Assembly: GCA_963422365.1 (NCBI GenBank)
Contig: OY729426.1
Span: forward strand, 1,088,001 to 1,152,000
DNA length: 64,000 nt
Direction: 5' to 3'
Source of the DNA: Nitrospirales bacterium
GTDB taxonomy: Bacteria; Nitrospirota; Nitrospiria; Nitrospirales; UBA8639
The translations under genes and the position numbers were made by a program. Positions 59,001 through 64,000 of the stretch are shown in pieces (the stretch's first letter is position 1; each line of letters opens with the position of its first letter). The notes below the pieces were generated by a model. It saw only the letters and a list, made by a program, of their open reading frames with translations, did no database searches and was not told where the DNA came from.

Positions 59001-59795
59001 GTGGACATTCCCCTTCTCTTCTTGAAGACTCTTCTGCTTCGGCCCTATGTCTTTTTCTTTTTGGGCGTATCGTTGGTCGCAGCACTACGGTTGTTGGGAT
59101 GGAAACGCACCGGGGTGCTGTTTGGTCTGACGTGGGTCACTGCGTTTGTCTGTGAATTTTTGTCAACCCGTCTTGGATTCCCGTTTGGCGACTACTATTA
59201 CACGGCTTCGACCGTGGACGAAGAGTTGTATATTGCCAATATTCCGTTCATGGATTCGTTGTCGTTTACGTTTTTATTGTATGCGAGTTATTGCTTGGCC
59301 CTCTGGTTTGTCTTGCCTTCTCAATCCTCTTCGCCACCGCCGGGTCGGCGGTGGCTTGCGCGCGAAACGCTCTCCTGGCCAGTGATCGCCCTGACCTGCT
59401 TGTTTTTTATGTTTATCGATATTGTGATCGATCCTGTGGCGCTTCAAGGGGAACGATGGTTTTTAGGACAAATTTATGGGTATCCTGATCCCGGTGTGTA
59501 TTTTGGCGTCCCGCTGGCCAACTTTGCCGGGTGGTTTGTGGTGGGATGGGTTGCGATGTTGGGATACCGATTGGTGGACCGGCGCACAGAGATATTGCCC
59601 GAGCTTCCCCACACAATCCCGGCCAAAGAGGTATTGCTTGGATGCGGATTGTATTATGGGGTGCTGCTCTTTAATTTGTTTGTGACGTTCTGGATCGGCG
59701 AATATTTGTTAGGCATCGTGGGGTGCGTGATCTATCTTCCTCTTACCGCCTTGGCGATGCTGAAAATCTGTCCACGACGCTTGTCCCCGACCTGA
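59001..59795 (+). CDS. CruF/DUF422-like carotenoid biosynthesis membrane protein
   Basis: E..S...GFPFG.Y.Y, DIVIDPVA, GVPLANFAGW. Confidence 0.75.
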   Translation: MDIPLLFLKTLLLRPYVFFFLGVSLVAALRLLGWKRTGVLFGLTWVTAFVCEFLSTRLGFPFGDYYYTASTVDEELYIANIPFMDSLSFTFLLYASYCLALWFVLPSQSSSPPPGRRWLARETLSWPVIALTCLFFMFIDIVIDPVALQGERWFLGQIYGYPDPGVYFGVPLANFAGWFVVGWVAMLGYRLVDRRTEILPELPHTIPAKEVLLGCGLYYGVLLFNLFVTFWIGEYLLGIVGCVIYLPLTALAMLKICPRRLSPT

Positions 59796-60047
59796 TCGGG
59801 TATCTAATCGGGGATTCGATTATTGCTTCCTCCTTCTTCTTCCTCAACAATGTCAGTGAAACGGCGTGCGTGCATGGAATCAATGCTTGTATGAAGTTAG
59901 TAGCCTGGGTAAGATAGTATTGGATGTCCTTTCAAGGCTTGCCTATTCCCCTGAACGATCAACCAGGAGCGCTGTCCCCCCCTCCCTTCTGAGATGAGGG
60001 ACAGCGGCGTATGAGCATGATGGCCATTAGCTCTCCAGGGTCATAGT

Positions 60048-61118
60048 ATGAAAACAATCAGCGTGGCAGCCGTGTTTGCGCTTGCGGCCTGGTTTGGGAG
60101 CGGAGCCCTTGGCTTTCCTCACGTATTCCAGGTGATGTTTGTGGCCTATGTGGCGTTAGGCCTTGTGGTGTTTCTGCTTCTCGATGCCCCTCCCATGAGG
60201 AGGTTGTCGGGGTGGGTTGCTGGTGTGGTACTGGTTGGTTTTTACCTTGTGCTTTCAGCGATTTATATCATGGGGGCGTCGGCTTGGCCCCAATATAATC
60301 CTGAGGTGGAAAAGGGGAAAATCGAAAAAATTCTCAAACGCAAGCGTGAAAAGGCGTTGGCTGAGAGTGACCACGTGGAACAGTTGCTCCAACAGGTACA
60401 GGCGCTCCAAGATAATTCGCAGACGGTGGTGGCGCGGCTCCGCCGGTTTGCCCCAGTGGTAGAGGGGGTGGAAGCACCTCAAGACCAAGGCGGGGCCCTC
60501 ACAGTGGTGGAACGAGGGGCCGAGGTCTATGATTTGTATGAGTGTTATAACTGTCACAAAATCGGGGGTAAAGGGAGCGTGAAAAAACGGGGCCCCATTT
60601 TGGACAACATTGGCAGTTTGTTGACGATCAATGATATCAAGCAAAAAATCTTCGATCCCACGTATCTCTATGCAGAGGGATTTGAGGAACAGCATAAGAA
60701 GGGTCGGATGCCGGATACATATAAAGATTTGATGACGGAGGAAGAAGTGCTGGCTCTTGCGACCTATTTGTCCACGCTCAAAGATCCCACGGCGAAGACC
60801 CCGAACCCTGTTTTTGTGAAGTCCAACGTGGAACATGGCTTTACGGTGTTTGGGTATGCCCGTGATCCATCGGGCCAGGGGGTAGCCGGTGTCACGATTC
60901 ATGCTAGGCCCAAGGTCAAGGGAGGGCATGGGGCTTCAGGCAAGACGAATGAGGCCGGGTATTACGAAATTTTCCTGCATATGCATAATAACAATGCCGG
61001 ATCGACGGTCGAAGTTTCGGCTCAAGGCGTTAAGAAAACATTTGTGGCCAATTATGATCCCAATGATACAGTGACCAGGCGGCAACAGTCTCTGGATTTA
61101 ACGGTGGCTGTGCAGTAA
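60048..61118 (+). CDS. Membrane-anchored c-type cytochrome with a C-terminal beta-sandwich domain
   Basis: Three N-terminal TMs, CYNCH heme motif, GP.L, MP axial Met. Confidence 0.8.
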   Translation: MKTISVAAVFALAAWFGSGALGFPHVFQVMFVAYVALGLVVFLLLDAPPMRRLSGWVAGVVLVGFYLVLSAIYIMGASAWPQYNPEVEKGKIEKILKRKREKALAESDHVEQLLQQVQALQDNSQTVVARLRRFAPVVEGVEAPQDQGGALTVVERGAEVYDLYECYNCHKIGGKGSVKKRGPILDNIGSLLTINDIKQKIFDPTYLYAEGFEEQHKKGRMPDTYKDLMTEEEVLALATYLSTLKDPTAKTPNPVFVKSNVEHGFTVFGYARDPSGQGVAGVTIHARPKVKGGHGASGKTNEAGYYEIFLHMHNNNAGSTVEVSAQGVKKTFVANYDPNDTVTRRQQSLDLTVAVQ

Positions 61119-61140
61119 AGAGCATGCTCAGGATATTTCT

Positions 61141-61542
61141 ATGAGGGGGTTTATTCTTCGCTTCATTGTCACGGGTGCCGCGGTTCTTGTTGCGACCCAA
61201 ATAATTCAAGGCCTGACCATCGATTCGTTTGCCGCGGGGGCAGTCGGTGTGCTGGTCTTAGCGGTGTTGAATGCCGTGGTCCGTCCGATTTTGTATTTGT
61301 TCTCAGCTCCCTTCATCGTCGTGACGCTTGGCTTATTTATGATCATGATTAATGCCTTTTTGCTGGGTGTGGTCTCCGTCTTAGTCAAAGGGTTTCATGT
61401 GCATGGATTTTGGTCGGCAGTAGGAGGGGCTATTTTGATTAGCCTCGTCAGTGGGATGATGAATCTGATGATCTCTGAGCGGGGCCATGTGGAGATGGGC
61501 ATGGCTCAATCTCGATCACGAAAGATTCGGCATATTAATTGA
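61141..61542 (+). CDS. YvlD/DUF360 (phage holin 4 family) membrane protein
   Basis: LNAVVRP....P....TLGLF...INA, GF...GFWSA. Confidence 0.85.
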   Translation: MRGFILRFIVTGAAVLVATQIIQGLTIDSFAAGAVGVLVLAVLNAVVRPILYLFSAPFIVVTLGLFMIMINAFLLGVVSVLVKGFHVHGFWSAVGGAILISLVSGMMNLMISERGHVEMGMAQSRSRKIRHIN

Positions 61543-61590
61543 GGGTACCTCTGCTCCTCATGACAATCACGACATTCTTCTTCCACGGTT

Positions 61591-63393
61591 ATGACGATGA
61601 ATAGAAAGAAAGCTATGGACTCGGTTCGGACCTCGAAGCAGACGACGCTTCAGCGCATTTTAACCATGACGGTCAATGATTTGGGTATGGATGCGGCGGT
61701 GGCCATTATGAACCAACCCAAGGGTCCATTGGTGTCTCAGGTGACAAAAGGGTTTTCAGCCCGTGAGGTCCGCGCCATACTTCGAACTCTTTCAGGAGGA
61801 GAAGGACAGCGAAATAGTCGCCCCTGGAGTCCCGAGGGGGCGGATGGGAATGTGGCCATCGAGTTTCGAATGGTGACCCCTGGTTCGAAGAATCTTTTAG
61901 CGATGCCCCTTCAGGATCGCAAAGCGGTCTATGGGGCGTTGGTTGTGGGAAAACAGGGGAGGCCCTTTACGAAGCGGGAAAAAATCACGATCGACTCGGT
62001 CAGTCGTCGGATCACTGATCAAGTACGAGAAGCGAATCTTTTTGATCATTCCGTGCTCTTAGCACGCCCCTGGGTCTTGCAAGAACCAGGAGCTGAGGAA
62101 CCCCTTTCTGAGGCTGTCGAATCGATGATGCGAACCTATACCTCGCCTCAGATTCAGGAGCGAGTTGCCAGAAGTTTGACCGAGGCGCAGGTCTTGGTGC
62201 CGTGTGATCGGGGATGGGTCACATTGTATGATCCGTTAGCCGCAGTCTTGGAAGTCTTAGGCTGTCTGGCTGGGCATAAAAAAGAGCTTCTCCCTGGTCA
62301 GCGATTGTCTTTGAACGAATCCGCTTCGGGTTGGGCTGTGCGGCATCGCAAGCCTCGTGTTGATCAAAACCTGGCATCCACGCAAGGGCGCTTCCAAGAT
62401 TATAAACAGTTGTACCGTGACCGATTCCGGTGCACGTTCGTGCTTCCCTTTTTTGTCCGGGGGCGTGTGGCCGGCACGATCACCTTGGCGTCTAAGACAG
62501 CCGCCCAATATGAATCAGCGGAAGCTGAATCAGGCAAGCTCGAACCGATTACGACCCAATTAGTCCAACTCTTTGAAGAACCTTTCCATAAGCTCTCGGT
62601 CTTTGCTTCGCCCGATGGGGTTGCCACCCCTACGCTGGAGTCGTCGGTATCCAGTGCATCAGAGCCGGCTATTCGGCGTCAGGAACGGCAATCGGCCTTG
62701 AATGAAGTCAGCTCATTTCTCGCAACCGAGATTCGGGAACCCATGGGATATATTCGTGCTCAATTGGAGGAAGTGACGGGTGAAGGCACACTCGACTTTG
62801 AATCCCAAACCTGCATCGAAGCGGCCATGCGAGATCTGATGCGGATGGAAAGTCTGCTCAATGACATTTTGGATTTTGCCAAACCTCTCGAATTGGACCG
62901 GCGTCCTTGCCATGTCATCGATTTGATCGAAGAAGCGCTCGCGTTGCTTGCCACGGACCTGAAAGTGAACCGGATTGAGGTCACAAAGGAATTCCCCTCG
63001 CGGTTAGAGCAAGTTCGGTGGGATAAAGAGAAAATACAACATGCGTTCCTCAGTATTTTCACGAATGCCTTAGAGGCGATGTCACCAAGTGGGAATTTGC
63101 AAATCTCCGTGTCTCAGAAACGGGGGAGCCAGCCTGAAATGATCATACGTATTCACAACGATGGCGCCACAATTCCCGAAGAATTGGGCGAAAAAATTTT
63201 TGAACCCTATTTCACAACAAAACGGTCGGGAACGGGATTGGGCTTAGCGATGGTGAAAAAGATTGTCGAGGAACATGAAGGGCACATTGCGATCCATAGT
63301 CGTCCACAGGAAGGGACGTTGGTCACCATTAAATTACCGGCCATGCGCCAGAGAGCCCTCTATCGGCGGAGAGGTCGGTCGCCAAGGCGGTGA
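61591..63393 (+). CDS. GAF-domain sensor histidine kinase-like protein
   Basis: GAF-like regions; N box NALEAM, IFEPYFTTK, GTGLGL; the H-box reads LATEIREP. Confidence 0.85.
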   Translation: MTMNRKKAMDSVRTSKQTTLQRILTMTVNDLGMDAAVAIMNQPKGPLVSQVTKGFSAREVRAILRTLSGGEGQRNSRPWSPEGADGNVAIEFRMVTPGSKNLLAMPLQDRKAVYGALVVGKQGRPFTKREKITIDSVSRRITDQVREANLFDHSVLLARPWVLQEPGAEEPLSEAVESMMRTYTSPQIQERVARSLTEAQVLVPCDRGWVTLYDPLAAVLEVLGCLAGHKKELLPGQRLSLNESASGWAVRHRKPRVDQNLASTQGRFQDYKQLYRDRFRCTFVLPFFVRGRVAGTITLASKTAAQYESAEAESGKLEPITTQLVQLFEEPFHKLSVFASPDGVATPTLESSVSSASEPAIRRQERQSALNEVSSFLATEIREPMGYIRAQLEEVTGEGTLDFESQTCIEAAMRDLMRMESLLNDILDFAKPLELDRRPCHVIDLIEEALALLATDLKVNRIEVTKEFPSRLEQVRWDKEKIQHAFLSIFTNALEAMSPSGNLQISVSQKRGSQPEMIIRIHNDGATIPEELGEKIFEPYFTTKRSGTGLGLAMVKKIVEEHEGHIAIHSRPQEGTLVTIKLPAMRQRALYRRRGRSPRR

Positions 63394-63574
63394 TAACGAA
63401 CGGAGACCTGCTGGCCTAGAGGCTTATGCGGATCCCCTGACCTCCCGTGTACTCAGGCTTGACACCTCCTGGTGAAAACGAATAAAATTTGTCTCTCTTT
63501 CTTAAAAGTCAAATGTCAAATTTTAAATTCACGTCTTTATCGTCCATAACCTGTCTTAACAAAGGAGCGGAATT

Positions 63575-63931
63575 ATGAAAAGTATTCACCTTTTTCTTAT
63601 TGCAGTAGCGGGTACTGCCTTGATGGCTTCATTGGCGTTTGCAAATCCAGGCATGCTTCCTTCACATCCTGGTTATCCTACGGCAGAAACCTCTTCTCCC
63701 GCTGATGGGACGCGGACAAGCCATGATGCCGGTCAAGCTAATGCAGTTGGTTCCGAAGCATTGATGGCAGGTGCTTCCACTGCTGATGCTGCTTCCATGA
63801 ATAGTACGGCCGACTCCAATCGTATGCGGATCAAAGCTTCTCAGGGTGCCGGAGTCTTGCCGGAGGTTGAAGGAGCATTGAACCGGGTAAACGTCAATCC
63901 TGCTGGTGCCATGTCGACAGTCATTCAGTAA
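63575..63931 (+). CDS. Hypothetical exported protein
   Basis: AAGGAG RBS; signal peptide ending AFA. Confidence 0.7.
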   Translation: MKSIHLFLIAVAGTALMASLAFANPGMLPSHPGYPTAETSSPADGTRTSHDAGQANAVGSEALMAGASTADAASMNSTADSNRMRIKASQGAGVLPEVEGALNRVNVNPAGAMSTVIQ

Positions 63932-63957
63932 CCTTTTTTCAATTTATTGATCGTGTG

Positions 63958-63996
63958 AAATGGGGGCTTTTCTCTCTTGAGAGCCCCCATTTTTTT
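63958..63996 (+). terminator. Rho-independent terminator
   Basis: AAATGGGGGCT...AGCCCCCATTT followed by a T-run. Confidence 0.8.
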
Positions 63997-64000
63997 GTCT

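Noticed and set aside
61141..61542. Prophage suggested by a phage holin family gene
   Set aside because: YvlD/DUF360 genes are common chromosomal genes and no phage genes are nearby.
1..64000. tRNA/rRNA genes, reverse transcriptase, self-targeting by spacers
   Set aside because: None recognised by eye; a computational scan is needed to exclude them.

Overview
Bacterial chromosomal window. The gene set (F0-only atp operon, nadB, CbbQ/NirQ ATPase, hpnA, a cytochrome c, an Slr0320-like radical SAM) suggests Nitrospirota, which is an inference. The centrepiece is a complete type III-A CRISPR-Cas locus (~6750-21900): cas6, an NE0113-type CARF gene, cas10-csm2-csm3-csm4-csm5, a second 5'-truncated csm5, csx16, a Cami1-like CARF-RelE effector, and a doubled adaptation module (cas2-cas1-degenerate cas1-cas2). 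The array has six identical 37-bp repeats. Its leader-distal spacer is 425 bp long, carries a complete gene for an HNH-fold protein with its own RBS in the array's inferred sense orientation, and is bounded exactly by a 19/20-bp direct repeat. Three cas promoters share the palindrome GGCAAGCTTG(C/T)C placed exactly 27 nt before a -10 box, implying an unidentified common regulator. The rest is mostly intact housekeeping genes interspersed with decayed accessory loci (RhuM/Fic, a HEPN/MNT pair hit by a MITE, two restriction-modification remnants, a TbpB-like/Slam pair), REP-like repeats and an unannotated 47-aa histone H1-like gene. All family assignments come from motif recognition by eye; no database searches were run.
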